Counted from the stretch's first letter, positions 1-13,826 are shown. The stretch: DNA of 64,000 bases from Ramazzottius varieornatus (GCA_001949185.1 BDGG01000011.1:1740902-1804901); one strand, 5' to 3'. The notes: generated by a model from the letters alone, not told the origin. Translations and numbers: made by a program.

Positions 1-1330
1 GTGGTGTCCAATTTTCAATACTTTTCCATAGCGAAGCTGCATCATTACTGCTTGTGTCAATACCAAGTTTTTCGCAGAGTATCTTTAGGTCACTCAGAGA
101 GACGGATATCGTCGCTCCTAAAGCTTCGTTGTTGGTACTGCTAGAATCCAGTTCTGCTGTAGCGTTGTTGTTGGTGGTAGAAGGGCTCAATGGATCTGTA
201 ACACTTGCTCTGTACAGCACTTTCGGCCCATCGCACTTTTTCAAACTCAGAACACACAAATTAACCATTTTGTCGTACCAGATGTAAAATATGTGTTTCC
301 TGCACAATCTAAAGCTCATTTTCTAACTTAGCACTTGTAAATTTCGAGCATAACCGCGAGGAAAGCGTTTCAAGGTTAATTAGGCTCGTTAATGGACTCC
401 ACTGTAGTAAAAGTCTTACCGGTCATGGTATTTTATGCCGGAAAACACAGCAGGCGTAAAACAGCTTTGAGGATGCGCAAAATACCACTTGAACTCGTAT
501 CTATAAACAGTGCTAGTGGAAAAACAAAGGATCAGAAATACCAGTGTCGGCAACGGTAACTGTCAAGAGGGGATTCAACAGCAAGCGCATTAAACATCAG
601 TGGACAACCTGCGTTCTTTACGGATTGAGTGTGTTGTGTAGCGTCAACAGTCTTACGCTGAAAATCCAGTAACGCTCGCCCGTCAACTTTCTGCAAACAG
701 TTGAACGCCGGAAGGCGAGTCACAATTTTTTGCGGTATGAAAGCGCTTAAGGGGTGCGCTGAAGTTACCATTAGCCAACTTACCAGCGTCTAAAAGCCGG
801 TTTTGCCGGCATCTGTCAGTACAATGTTAAGTCTCGGTGCATCGATACAAAATGGCGCAGTAATGCTTGGTACTGCTTGTGTCCGTTTAAATGTCTCTCT
901 GATTAGTTTGGGCTAGATCGTTCAAGCAACTTTCTTAGTTCAGATAATGCCCGTGGCTCAGGCACCTGCTCGCATTACGGTGTCTGAAGATGCTCGCATG
1001 TGTTTAGATACCTCGTAATTTTTCTAAGCACTCATCAATGTACACGACTCGCGAACCAGAGCGCCTTAGCTACCCAAACACCACAAACGACGTTCCTGTT
1101 GCACGGTCCTTGTACAACAGACACAACACGAGGATGTCGACGAGAAAAGCGGTAATTCTAAAGCAAAAAGCATTACCGGCGTACCATACTGCACCAGTAG
1201 CATCCGAGCAAACTGGTCAGCGAAAAAGGAGAAGCCGGTGTTATTGAGACCTTGCTGAATCTGGTCCTGAAAGTCCAAGAAAGAGTGTCGATACTGTACT
1301 AGGTCCCCGCAATGTAGTCTGTACCAAGCG
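1..1330 (-). other. Fragmentary multi-exon coding-like sequence of unknown product, running off the window edge
   Basis: The - strand reads open from about 245 to the edge (LKKCDGPKVLYRASVTD...LKILCEKLGIDTSSNDAASLWKSIEKLDT), with further open stretches and GT/AG-like sites up to about 1330. No family recognised. Confidence 0.3.
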
Positions 1331-1865
1331 CCGGCTGGCAGCCTTTTGCGGTGTCACGACAAAACATGTTAAGTTATCTGTCCAGGCTGCCGCAGCTATG
1401 CTATAAGCCAGCAGAAGTATTTACTTACACCACTCATCTCACCTCACAGTAGGTTTCTAGCGTCAACAATAAACACTTAAGCTTTGGTCTAGCAATAATC
1501 TGTGGAACAATACAGTACTGTAAACTTAGAGCGACTCAGCGTAACACAAGCTGGACAACGTGTAAGTTAAATGCACCTGTCTGATCGTTGAGTTCAGTAT
1601 GACGGTATCGTACAAGTCTACAGCAAGCGGGGGTCCCTACTGCAGTTAAAAGAAAAACCGTCCTCAACATGCATTACAATTCCGAAAGGCTCATTATAGA
1701 TAACCGATCGATGTCCGACGCGGAAGGAGTGACGTCAAGTGGTGGGAATAGAAGCACTTCATTACGTGCAGAAGGAATGACTTTGCCATGGAAGTCTCCG
1801 AGGCAATCATCATAGCCCGGTGGGGATTCTTCCTCTTCCAGTAGAACAAAAGGTACAATGAAAAT

Positions 1866-3284
1866 CTATGTAACAGTTTCGAGAGTTCGTTTGACACGCA
1901 GTAAATGTGCTCCACGTAGAGATACACGGGTTGGAGGAGGTGGGGCTGTTCCAACTGTAAACGGAAGCTCGACCGACAATATTTTCTGATCGTCGCTGTT
2001 CCGTAAAGTAACCTTCGGAGCACAGAATTTTGAGCTGATTGTAATGGTTTTTGTTTTTCGTGTGAAAAAAATTTGAAACAGCATGTTTCCAGTTACCTCG
2101 GCAAAATATCTAAGCTGGAAAAGGTGACAGTTCAAAATGCTAAGCGGAGTTCTCGGCGGAATGGCGATCCCGTTTTCCTCCCACACCAGTCTGCTGCATG
2201 GAAGAAGATCGTCGGTTTGGACTGTCTTGAGCACTTTGAACATGCTGAAGGGTTCTCCGGCCTCGCTTTCATGACGGTTGAATAGCAGCTCTTGACATAA
2301 CGTGATGGATGACTTCAGCAAGTCTTTTGATCTGTTGATGAGGACGCCAGTGAAACTAATGGATTCACCAGCGTGGAAGCCCTGTGGGAAAAACTAACAT
2401 ATGGAACGACCAAGATAGCGAAGGACTTATGGAGTTAGTGTTGCTTGCCTGTTTGTCGGTACAAATGTCCAGGCTGGTAGTCCTGAAAGGTGTGGCACAG
2501 CAACCCACACTGGTCCTGCCTGATGCTGTAACGGACTGCCGATACTTCGCGAAGCTAGTGTCGATGGGTGATATCACACTTAGCGGAATCCAGCTATCTT
2601 TGTGGTCATGCCATCCATCATTTGGATACAGCTCTGCTTTAATTGTGTAACTAATGCTAGCGTTCTCTTTCTCTCGAAGCTCGACGGACATCTGAAACAA
2701 ATTTTGCGTTGAATTCTAACTGTGCAGACTAGAACAGTAAAATATAACTGTTTCGCTAGAAATTGGAGTGCCTTGCGGGCAACGTGAACTGGAAGGGATG
2801 TCGGTGGTGTTGCGTCACCATCACCCGTGCTCCCAGGTGGGATTCCGTTTCGCTGCCCAACAGAGCGGTCTTCCAGCTGAAAAAGACGTCATCTTCGTCC
2901 TCATCTTAAAAATGAAAGCATAACATCAGTCATACAACTCTCCGTACTTCGTTTGAAATGTTTCACGGTGTACTCAACCCATAAGTTTATAGCACAGACG
3001 CCACGCGCACTCAGACGAAGCAGTCGAATCCTCTGCGGGCTAGTCACATCGAATACCTCGATCCCACGTACAGTTTCGCCACTTTGGAAGGTTGTAGAGT
3101 GAGGTGGACGCGACAGGACAATTCGGAAGTTTCTGACAGTGGACACTCTTCGAGATGCTGCGGAGTTCTCATCGGAAACGTCCGTATGCGGCCTTTCATG
3201 AGAAAGGTATTCCGCGTGAGATGATTCAGCCGGAGTTATGGATGATCGGACAGCATGGCTCACCGAAGGTACCTCCAACATCAT
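1866..3284 (-). pseudogene. Alpha-arrestin (arrestin-domain-containing) paralogue A, frameshifted
   Basis: Arrestin_N motifs (FQSGETVRGIEVFDVTSPQRIRLLRLSARG, HPFQFTLP, ISYTIKAEL) and Arrestin_C motifs (GFHAGESISFTGVLINRS, VELPFTVGTAP). Compared with paralogue B there is a 2-nt slip in the GAGAGAAA tract (about 2665-2676), and the aligned donor at about 2771 is GC rather than GT. Confidence 0.8.
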
Positions 3285-3545
3285 GCCGGACTAAAAAGAA
3301 CCGAAGCTCGGATCAAATTGTCACGAAATTATCATCCGGACTTGCGAAAGATGGAAAGGTCGGTGCAAGGTAGCTCTTCGTGACTGAGATCGATCGATTT
3401 TACTCTGGCGTGACATTCATGGAAAAGCTCCACACGACCACTCCTTGATCTGTGAAAGATGTAGGGTGATTCATGTAACCACAATGGACCGCGAACCGAT
3501 CAATGATTTATTTTTCCGATCACGGGGGGCGGGGGGGGGGGGGGG

Positions 3546-3595
3546 NNNNNNNNNNNNNNNNNNNNNNNNNNNNNNNNNNNNNNNNNNNNNNNNNN
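3546..3595. other. Assembly gap (50 N) flanked by poly-G runs
   Basis: N run seen directly. Confidence 0.99.
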
Positions 3596-4154
3596 TTTTT
3601 TTTCCGATCCCCGGGGGCGGGGGGGGGGGGGGGGGCGTGTTGCTCGATCCAGTAACGCGGGCCCAAGCTCCGTTCCCTGGAGTGAACGCTTCATCTACTG
3701 TACATGTGCAAAACAATATCCTGTAAGCCATTGGTTACTCGTACTGTGAACCATCTGTCGTATCACTAGAGCACCGCCGCGGATAGATTTTGCGTATTTC
3801 ATTCATAAAAAAGATCGATTGCGCCCTCACGATACCACCCAGAGCTGGATGGAATGCCCAAGCTGGCCAGGACGTAAATCCGCATTGATCGTTATAAGCC
3901 ATGATTACCCGTGGTACATTACAGGCTCAATGGACTTTGAGACGATAGCACTGTCATCACAGAAATCTTTGGGACTGCTGACCGTTAGGTACAACTGCCT
4001 TATCTCCCGCGTACCGATCTGACTCTGGTATTCGGACCATTCGGTAAGCGGCCATCTTACGGTACATTGGCAGAGTGAGAACGATGGACTAGTATTAAGT
4101 TATTTAACTCACACATTGATCGCTTGTCAATTTACATGAATCAGCGTGGTCAAG

Positions 4155-5793
4155 TCATATGGAACATAATGCCCAAAAAATATGTCTTTCTCGGCACACA
4201 GTATTAATGCCATTGTAGACGCTAACAACCTTTTGTTGCCCGCGGGACAGCAGCGCACTCTTCGTAGGCAGGTGGCGCCTCCCCTGTCGAGCACAGTCAG
4301 AATTGAACTTGATGAAACGATAAAACCTTGGTTGATATCGGCTGTGCAATATACCTGCAGACACGGCGTGGACACTAAGGTCGTCGTAGGCAGGTGGTCC
4401 CGGACTCGCAGCACGAGGAGGAAGCATTTGCGCTCGAGCTACATTTCGACCAGAAAAGAACCGTCTTTCCTGATCGCTTTGAACGAAGGACTGCAACATG
4501 GTTCCGCCAAAGATTCCATGACACACAGGAGAGTAGTAAAGTCCCCGGAAAGGAACCGTCCCCACGACGAACGGAATTTTTACTGCCAGCACTGCCCTAT
4601 TGTTATTTGTGCGGAAGGAAACCTGGAGATGCAGTAGTGTACGTCAAAATCTTTGTCGGTGACTTGGAGGAATGTACTGTACACTTACTTTGGCGTAGTA
4701 TCTCAGCTTGAACGTTTGGTACTCTAGAATACTGGGCGGTAGTTGACTCGGAACGAGTACGGCTTTATCATTCCACGTTATCTGGTGGCATGGACGGACA
4801 TCCTGCACCTTGGCTATTTCTAAGACTTTCGAGAAGCTTCTCTGGTCCGGACTTTCAAGGCTTTTGAAGATTTGTTCTTGACATAAGGCGATGAATACTT
4901 GAAGAACCTCCTTCGATCCATTGGTTAATAAACCAGAAAGAAGGATAGCTTCTTCGCAAAAGTAGCCCTAACATGTGCACATGAGCTATATGATACGGTA
5001 TAATCAACTACCGTAACAGCGACAGCAGAAATGCCGCGGAACCTACGCCTCTGTCGCAACGGATATCCAGACTTGTATATTTGTACGGCTGGGCGCAGCA
5101 GTCGCTGGTGGTTCTGTCGGACACTGCCACAGGAGCTAGGTATTTTGAGAGGTTGATGTCGATGGGTGAGACGACAGTAAGCGAAAGCCAGAAGTCTTTG
5201 CGTTCCTGCCAGCCGTCTGTGGGGTACAGCTCAGCTTTGATCGAGTACGTGATACGAACATTCTCGTTGGTGTATGTCGAAGGGCACCTGGAATACGAGA
5301 CAGTTTTATGAGCGGAATCGAATCGACTGGATAGAGTAAGACAAACAGCATCCAAAATCTCTTTTATGATACTTGACAGGTAATGTGAAAACAAACGGAT
5401 GCGAATGGTGCTCTGGTCGCAATAGGGCAGCATGGGGCGCGCTTCCGCTACCTAACAGTCCAGCACTCCAGTTGAAAATTTCTTCGGTCTCACCTGCAAG
5501 ATAGGGAGAGTACTTACGGTTTTCAGATTTTGCTGGACAGAATCACGCCATCCGGCAACGAAACTCTTCACACTTTTCCTTTTGGTTTATTAGGCAGGTG
5601 AAATAAATGTGCTGGTTCTTCAGCACTTACCCCAGCGGTTTGTACACGTACCACGCACAATAACGCGAAGTGCTTGGATGCCTTGAGCGTCTTCCACATC
5701 AAACGATACCAATCCCCGTACAGCTTCTCCGCTTTGATAAACTGGCGAGTGTGCTCGTGAAAGGATAATACGGTAATGCCGAACATTTGCCAT
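4155..5793 (-). CDS. Alpha-arrestin (ARRDC-like) paralogue B, multi-exon, apparently intact
   Basis: ATG at 5793 gives MANVRHYRIILSRAHSPVYQSGEAVRGLVSFDV. Spliced exons give HPFVFTLPVK|CPSTYTNENVRITYSIKAEL, GYFCEEAILLSGLLTNGS, LPPSILEYQTFKLRY and VKIPFVVGTVP, with a C-terminal PPAY (PPxY) motif. Introns are GT..AG. Confidence 0.85.
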
Positions 5794-6564
5794 TCCTAAA
5801 CTTTTTGATTCGCACCAGCCTATTTCCAGCGTTAACTATCTCCTGCAGCGCAGAAAAAACAGTCGTTTAAAGATCTGGTTGCATAAGCACATAGTTTCCG
5901 CGTGGATACCATCCCGCTGAGCTACTGCTGAAAATCCGTGCACGTGAAAATCGATATGTGTTTGTGGGGAACATAAACAACCCTCACGGTTCCGTCTCGT
6001 GACTAGATCGATGACTGCAGTTTGGCGTAATCGATTCGCTATTTAATAATGCCGCTCAGTAGTTGATTAGCCGGTATGAAACTTAGCTAGTGCAGTTTCC
6101 TGCTACGGAGGTTTATATCATTTTACACCATGCAAAAATTATTAATTGTCTGTAATTTTCACCGCTGCGTCTTTTCGAATAGAAGGACTTAAACCTTGAA
6201 CCCCAAATGGAAATCCCGATGAACGATATACAGCTGTCGAACTTACACGCTGAAGGGGTTGGTCCGCCCCTGCAGCGAATAATTCCACCCTGCACCTCAT
6301 AGGTAAGTCTGAAACATGGCGTAGGGACAACTGATCGACTGGCTGACACACAAAAATATCAAGTACTTCAGCTTGTCTCAGATATGAATTAACCGGTACA
6401 GTAACTTTCGTAGTTTGCGCAGTATCTTTTGAGACTGCGAAATCTCAAAGCTTGACTTCAGTGTTTGCTGTTGTTGTTCCGATGACGCATTCATCGTGTC
6501 ACATGTGGTGGGGCTTCTTCTGAAAACCAAAAACGATAACACCGCACACTCAAATCAAGCTGAT

Positions 6565-8480
6565 TCAAGACCGCAGTTTTGCTGAATTGGATTGGTGCTG
6601 ACCTTCTGGGGCGATGTGAATGCTGAGTTGGTCGTAGGCGGGAGGCCCGGGAGTCGCTGCTCGGGAAGGAACCAGTTCTCGCATGAAACGTCGGGACCGA
6701 CGCAGTCCGGTGACAGCTTCTGTGTTTTGGTTGAGCTGAGGCAGGAGTACAACAGAAGAACTTGGGCATTCTCGTGAAAAGGCTATACCAGACGCATAAG
6801 TGCCAACTGTCAACGGAAGTTTCACAGACAACATGTCTGCACCATTTCATGCGAACAGCACCACCTACGGATAAACAGTTAGTACCCTGGAATTTGATTA
6901 GGATCGGAAGAAAGAAAGTGGTAATTTCTCATCGCACAAAATAATTGATTTTGAATGCACGGCAACTTGATATGCTGGGTGCAGTTCTTAGTGGTAATCA
7001 ATTTCGGGTCCAGCTTACCCGGCTGTACAGTATGGCGGAATGTCCTCCGACATTTTCGTCGTCAACATTTCAATTAAGATTAAATCGAGTTCAATTTTGG
7101 TTAACGTGTGCTGACCACCGCTTTCTCACGGCACCACACCTTCTTTCCTTCCCTCCCATCCAAGCTCTATACTGTCCACGCTGCTTTCATATCGATATGC
7201 ATCATTAGTTTTTTGCACCCGATACCAGGTTTCTTATCAGCCCTTTCATTCTCTCTGTACAACGCAGCCTACATTCTCCCTGATCATGTTCTACGCCGAT
7301 GGGCAAACAGCATTCATTCGTTTTGCTTCTCGTGTCGCTGCACGAGAAGAATTTCTTCCACCCGCTCACCCTACACTTTCTGTGCTGGTTCTCTGTTCAT
7401 TAAAGGGGGCATTCAAATTCGCGTCGCATCCGAATTACGAGTGCCTCCATTCCGGTAAAGTCACGTCTGCGTTCGTTCAGTAATGTACACGCTAGTTAAT
7501 AGCGCAACTCAGCGTGTTCACTGTTTGAACTTGCGAAGCTTTGCTTTCGACATAGCCATACGGATGCCGGAAGCGGGTTCTTTGGCCCGCTGCTCACAAT
7601 ACTGGAAAGACAGACGTCCTGTCCGCCACAGTAGCCCTGAACATCAGCGAGGTAAGCCGGAGTGTAAAAGTTTGCCGTCCTGATAGCGATTTAAGACAGA
7701 TGAACAATTATGTACCGTGCTGTTGGTGTTCATTCTTAAGCTGATACAACCGGCATGGTCACCACAACACTCGCTGGGCCTTTCATCAAACGTCGCAACG
7801 GGGAAGAAATATTTCGTATGGTTTATGTTGACCGGTGAACAACATCGAAAGGTGTCCGATTATCTTCCTACGGAAAAATTTTTACTCCGAAGCCAATATC
7901 ATGATGGTGGTCTTCATAAAGGTGATCCTTTCCGCCTCGTGAGCCAGAAAAAATGCCGAGTTATCTTCGCTGTACGGGGATTGTCTGATTTTCAATTATG
8001 CAAGGTTTATGTGTCGCAGCTGGAAGCATTCAAACTTAATCGGGTAGTCAAACGAGGTATCGGGTTTATCCTTCACTGCACCTTGTGCGGTTCCGGGTAC
8101 TCCTTCGTCACGTTCTAGGATACCACCTTGAAAAACACTTCTTGTATGAAGGCAAGTCGGGTCTTTTACGCCTATCGAAATATGTTTACGTGACGAGACA
8201 CGTTGCCGAGCTGTTGGTCAACGACATGCAAGACCATGCTTTCCCCTCAAGCTGCTCTACAACACGGACTACCCATGAGCCACTCCTTTTTTTTAAAAAT
8301 CCACTCGCGCTCCACCTTCGACGGCTTTGCAGAATCAAAACGCCTGACGCTGCACTGCCCAAAAACAAGTCCGCGATCAAAGCTCTTCCAGATCTACCGC
8401 GTACTTTGATGTGTAGTATTCCAAACGCAAAATCTTTTACGTCAACGAGATCGAGCACGCACAACTGCAGTAAATACGCC
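6565..8480 (-). pseudogene. Alpha-arrestin paralogue C, degenerate
   Basis: Retains SPVNINHTKYFFPVATFDERPSECC (about 7780-7850), GYCGGQDVCLSSIVSSG (about 7600), and VKLPLTVGT plus RAATPGPPAYDQLSIH (6565-6834). The 5' exons contain stops and frame changes. The 5' boundary is approximate. Confidence 0.7.
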
Positions 8481-10258
8481 ATGCAGTGAGGCTGCCCATT
8501 TTTGCACGTGATCGGTGGAGTATGAAAGATCTGTCATCGCCACTTCGAAATGCCCATGCAGGTGAGAAAACTCGTCACTTTAGTTTGCAAAGAGAAATGG
8601 CAGCCACGCTGTTCTGTTCTACATTTCAACTATAAATCAAACAGTTGCGATGGAAAATATCTGACTGCTACGGGTCTGCATCAACGAACCGAAACACGGT
8701 TTTCTGTGTTGCGGTGACCACTTGGGACTAGCCGAGCAGCACGCTTTTCCAGTTATGACAAAAAAAAACTGCCGCAGAAATCAACGCCGGAAAAACGGTA
8801 GTCGCTCCATCTGATGCTGCGATTCGTAAACCCATAGAAGTGAAAACACACTGCGTAGCAGGTAGTTCTCACACAGGTGAAGTCAGTGGCGGCCATGCAA
8901 AATGATTTGCCGGCAAAGACAGATAGTGCCCGAATGTACGACTTGGCGACGAGGTAAGCCGCAGAATTGCGCCTGGCATGATAACGCAAGGGCTAATGTA
9001 CCGTTCGGCTGATTGAACTTGATTTTGTACGACAAATTCAATCAATCCGTTTCAAAATTTATACTACGTAAACATACGCGTCCTTAAGTCAAAAGAGTTC
9101 GTCATCGACAGATCGTACTTCTGCGGTATCAGCTGTTATTGCCGGCAAATATATTACGTTGGCCGCCGCTGGGTGCCGTGAGCGTGAAATAAGATCACTT
9201 CAACATGGCTTATGTTGTTTGGAGGTTCTGGTCAGCTGCTTTGTTCGAGAACCCACGGCGAGAAGAAGAGAGGGTGCTGGAGTGGCGCACTACTTTGTGT
9301 TTGTTCACGGGTGCGGGTACATCTCATCCTTCGCGCTATCGTACTGACAAGCCCTTAAATCTCCGGTCTTTGCAGGCCAGAACACTTCTGTTTTTTCCAA
9401 AGATCCGAAAGCTTATTGCAGGTGCTACTCGTAGTCTTAGAGTGCCTGCACCAACGTATCCAAGAAGATCGGAAAGGCTTCTGCCTTATGTACGTCAACA
9501 TGTAAGTGCATATGTCCAGTAGCTAATGAAACAAAAGGGGTTGTGAACTTTTTCGTACAGTTTTCATTCGACTGTTGCAGCAGCAGCAATCTGACCGGTC
9601 TACCTGCTCTGTAAGAAAACCGCTTTCCGAAGCTTTTGGACCCGAAAAGAAGAACATGTTTCACGATGTATCGATTGCCATCGCAAGCCTACATTTGCGC
9701 AAACAACAAACGCGAAGAGCGCAAGACCGTTTGAAATCCGGAAAACTTTGCAGAGCGACATCCGGTGCCCACAGAAGTAGACACGATGTCTGCGGAACAG
9801 ACCTCAAGCTATGTAACGAACGTTTGTGGAGAGATTTAACACGTAAAACTAAAGGCTAGGTAGATGCCACAAAAGCTTTTCTCTCCTCAAATGATTGGAT
9901 CCGTACTGCAAAGTGGCGAAAAAACCAGTCGTTGGGTAATACTTGGAGATTGTCACCGTGTTGCTCTAGTAAAGTTGGAGTCCAACAAGTTGGAGTCGTC
10001 ACAAGTACGACGGCCACCCAAGATCAGCAATGATCTGTCATAGTTGATGTTTGGCGCCCGACCAGCTCGATCGGTAACAAATGAAGACCATGGGGTGACG
10101 ATGACCCGTGAGCGTGACGGTAACTTTTGACTATCTTTGTTTGTGCTACCGCAAATATTACGCTGAATTCGACACGGCGAAGCCACTGACATTAATAAAT
10201 GACTGAGTGAATTCTAGAAACGGAAAGAAGCTTATTGGCTTTGGGATTGGAAAATGGC

Positions 10259-10676
10259 TCAACAGCGTATCAACTCTCGGAAGTGCGCGAAATTGACATC
10301 TTTCTTGAGCAGTTCCTCGAATGGTGGCGCCGTTTTCTCGCACGCGAATAGTTTGCTGAAGATAACCGCCGCACTCTCGACTCCATTGATGGTGAACAAA
10401 ACCTCCGCCAGTGGTTCCCATTGCTCCGTAGTCGGATCAAACGAAGTATGGTAAGCACAGTCGGTCTCAGTTAACGATGAGAAAAGTACCAGTAGCTTTC
10501 CATTTTGACTGCAACATGAGGTAAAAAACTTCTTGTCTGATTTGAACTTTTCCTGTATATCGGCAGGATAGTCCAACGGTTCCCATTTTTGCTCGAAAAG
10601 GTCCATTCGCTCGCTGGAAAAAAATTCTGTCAAGCCCATTTGCAATGTGGGCACACGTAGTTACCTCCTCACTCAT
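10259..10676 (-). pseudogene. Kelch-repeat C-terminal fragment
   Basis: SSERMDLFEQKWEPL and SFDPTTEQWEPLA match Kelch blade ends. The preceding GG motif lies in another frame. An N gap separates it from the other Kelch exons. Confidence 0.55.
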
Positions 10677-11002
10677 AAAACGGGAGATCGGTCACCCACG
10701 GGCAGGGACGCGTTAAGCAGTGGACCGACAGGGTTCGGCCCAGTTGCAATTTGAAAAGCTGGACCCATGGACTATGCGCTAGCTTCCGCCGACTCTAGAA
10801 GCACTTGAAGATGTGGCCCACTGGGCTAGATCTCCGGACGGCGAAATCCTTTATCACTCGAACCCTCTGTCGGCGGAATCCTTGCACGGTTGAACCCTCC
10901 ACCAGCTAAACCCTCCCACAATAAAATCTTCTGTCAGCGAAACCTTGGATGGCTAAACCCCTCAAACCTCACGAGCCTCCTCCCCCCCCCCCCCCGAACG
11001 GT

Positions 11003-11052
11003 NNNNNNNNNNNNNNNNNNNNNNNNNNNNNNNNNNNNNNNNNNNNNNNNNN
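11003..11052. other. Assembly gap (50 N) after a poly-C run
   Basis: N run seen directly. Confidence 0.99.
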
Positions 11053-12225
11053 GGCCGGAACTGTAATTATTTTGGCCCCAGGGTCATTTGGCCCCACCGT
11101 TGTCCAGACCTCAACGTGTCCCTGCCCACGGATATCAAGATCACCAGGCCGAGCGAAGCGTGGCCCTTGTAAATCTGTTACGGTTCGAATGAACGATCAG
11201 ATTGTTCGAGTTTTCACATATCGCGAAGTCTGTTCTGTAAAACTGTGCCCCAGTTGATTCGGGTGGCAGTTGACCCGATAAAATCATTTCTGATAGGTTC
11301 AGTTTGGTTTTGGTACAGCCGCATGTCCTCTGCGACTGCAAGACGCTTGATTTTAATCCTTTCATTTTGTACTCCTTTATTGGTATTCTGTTACAGGGCC
11401 TGAGTTCCGGTTCATCCCCTGGACTTACTACTGGGGGTGAACTCATATTGTGAATTGTTCTACGTGTAGAGCTTGCTTGAGCCATGTATGGACGGCTGCT
11501 CTCCACAGAAAATAAAATATTGGCTTTCGTCACAACCCGTTGTATTGAGACGGCAATCCTTTCTCTTGGTCACTAAACACGTTCAGGCTCTGACCGTTCG
11601 ACGATTGGTATAGCGACAAGGAGCAGTTGTCCAAACGCAGCTGTAGTATGCCGACCGAATTCCAAAGTTTGTTCGAGCCTTTCCAACTTTGCGGTTCAGA
11701 CTGTCGGGTCTCAAGCGATCTGTGCCTCGTTAAACGGTGATCTGCATGCTTGATCGTTCCATACTGCGGTCCTACGACCGGTTCCAGTTTTAGACGGTTA
11801 ATGCGCTTACGGAGCTGCTCACCATACTGTCTGTACGAGACCAATCACCTGATCGAACACGTTCCCGATTATTTGATAAACTGAAGCCCAAACAGGACGT
11901 CGATCAGCTGATCGAGCTGCGCACGTTTTGGCGAGTAACCCAGTGCAGAGACGATGTTCCGCAGCAAAAGCAGCAATTGCAACATCTCGCAGGTATAACT
12001 CAAAGCTTTGTTATGGTCAAAATTCTGCTCTACTGAATTTTTTTTCGGTAGTCATAAAGAATACGGGAAAAATGTGACCCTGGAACAGGCCTTTTCGATG
12101 GGTATCGAAGGTATTGGGTAGGTTCGACTAACCAGGGACATCTTGCACCCGCTGGAAAGCAGGATGCTCAGGCTGTCAGGCAGAAGTAAGGGAAAACGCG
12201 AAACCGAACAATAAACAAGCATGCG

Positions 12226-12487
12226 CCTAAGGTGACGCAAGTGTCTAAAAATGTACCACGCCTTCAATGGCGAAGATAACGATTGTTTGTTAAGTGAAGC
12301 CACGGCATCACTGAGCATGCTGCCAACTGGCCGGTCAGCCGTTTTTGAATCGGAAACACTTGTTTGGCCAAACCCACTGCTGCGTGTTGGAATTATGCAC
12401 TGTGATGGGGTGGCTTCAGTTAACAAACACTCGTTACCTTCGCCATCGGAAGCGTGGTATATTTTCAGACACTTGCGTTCCTTTAGG
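12226..12487. mobile_element. Foldback/MITE with about 78-bp imperfect TIRs
   Basis: 12226-12303 (CCTAAGGTGACGCAAGTGTCTAAAAATGTACCACGCC...AAGCCAC) is the reverse complement of 12410-12487 with scattered mismatches. Superfamily uncertain. Confidence 0.8.
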
Positions 12488-12539
12488 CCCACCTCTGACA
12501 GTACAGCAGGAAGTATCAGCCCTCTTCGCACACAGGGCT

Positions 12540-13826
12540 CAAGCGGTTTGCAATGTATGCCGTAGAGCACAACTACTGCACTGCCTGGTGAGACTCGTGC
12601 GGCACGTCATCGCATAAGTAAAGCAGAGGCCCGGTCCGCTTCGCGTGCCTTACCCATCCCTGCCAGGGTGTATTACTTGTACTTGCATGTGGTACGAGTT
12701 TCGTCAGGCAGTAAATTAAGTTTAGCAACGTTACTTTAGGACAGTCCTGACATCCGAATGACTGAGGAAGACTCAAATACCACCCATGTATCAAATATCA
12801 CAAATCAAAGGCTTCGATTGAACCCCCTTTTAAGTGACGCCATGGGTTCAACTTTCATTCATTCGGTTACCGAACCGTGAATAGTACTTGCGTCTTCGGT
12901 TGTCAGGAATGCGTACGGAAATCAAACAGCCCAATCGGGAATCTTTTCGTGCAGCACGGCCCCAACGGTATGACAGACTTTCTTATTCCCTGATTTTCCA
13001 CGCAAAGCGATTGACGAATTAAGTGAGTTGCTCATCGCGGCTAGCTTACCAGCTGCTAGAGTCCATGGCGTACAAGTAGTTGAACAAAACTGCGGTTCCC
13101 AAATTTGCTTTGGCTTGAAGCATTGGATTCCCCAGGACCCACTGATCGTGGCCGGTCAGAGCTGTACCAGAGACAGAGTCTCTTGTACTGTCCTTTTCCG
13201 TGAGCCTGGTGGCATAAATTTGTACAGTCTTTCGTTTTCCCTTCCGTCCAAATCCGCCACAAAAATAGATATTGTTGCCGAAGACGCAGCTGCTGTGGCC
13301 GTAAACCTCTTCCAGCATGTTGTCACGAGGAACTGGTTTATGTAGACGTCCGTCCATCATTTGCATTCGGAAGTGCATCTTACTTGCGCGTCCCAGCTGT
13401 GGGTGCAAACCACAGATAAAGATATGCCATTTCGGACAGAAAAACATTGCTTACGGTGTAGTCGAGACCGCCTGTAACGTATATACTCTCGTTCAAATAT
13501 GTCAGTACGGCATTTCGTGGATAACAGGTAAAGGCTCTCGGGTCATCGCGCGGATGGTCTCGGTCGAGGTGAGCTTTAAGAAACTCCAAGGTTGTTGGCG
13601 ACTCTGAAGCAGGGTACCATGCGTCACTATCCTGGAAAAGGCACAGAGGTTGTCTGAATGGCATAGCATTCCATTCCACTTGATCTGTGTTTTCCTTCGT
13701 TTTCTCCTCTGCATCCGACCAACTCTTGACATCAATCTTGCACGCGCCGTGTTGTCTCCACGTTCGACCGCAGTCATCTGTGCTGAAGGTCCGAAATTCT
13801 GCCCTCAGGTCCGCGGAACAAACCAC
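12540..13826 (-). pseudogene. Kelch-like protein exons, partly degenerate
   Basis: LNESIYVTGG|gtaagc; GHSSCVFGNNIYFCGGF; QWVLGNPMLQAKANLGTAVLFNYLYAM|gtaagc. Downstream Kelch-like remnants at 12540-12860 contain stops. Confidence 0.7.

Noticed and set aside
3520-3640. Poly-Gly/poly-Pro ORFs and G-quadruplex-like runs
   Set aside because: The homopolymers abut an N gap and the same flank appears on both sides, so this is probably a sequencing or assembly artefact. The same applies at 10980-11052.
11175-11200. tRNA T-loop-like GGTTCGAAT (similar hits near 30171 and 52360)
   Set aside because: No cloverleaf stems or A-box at the right spacing.
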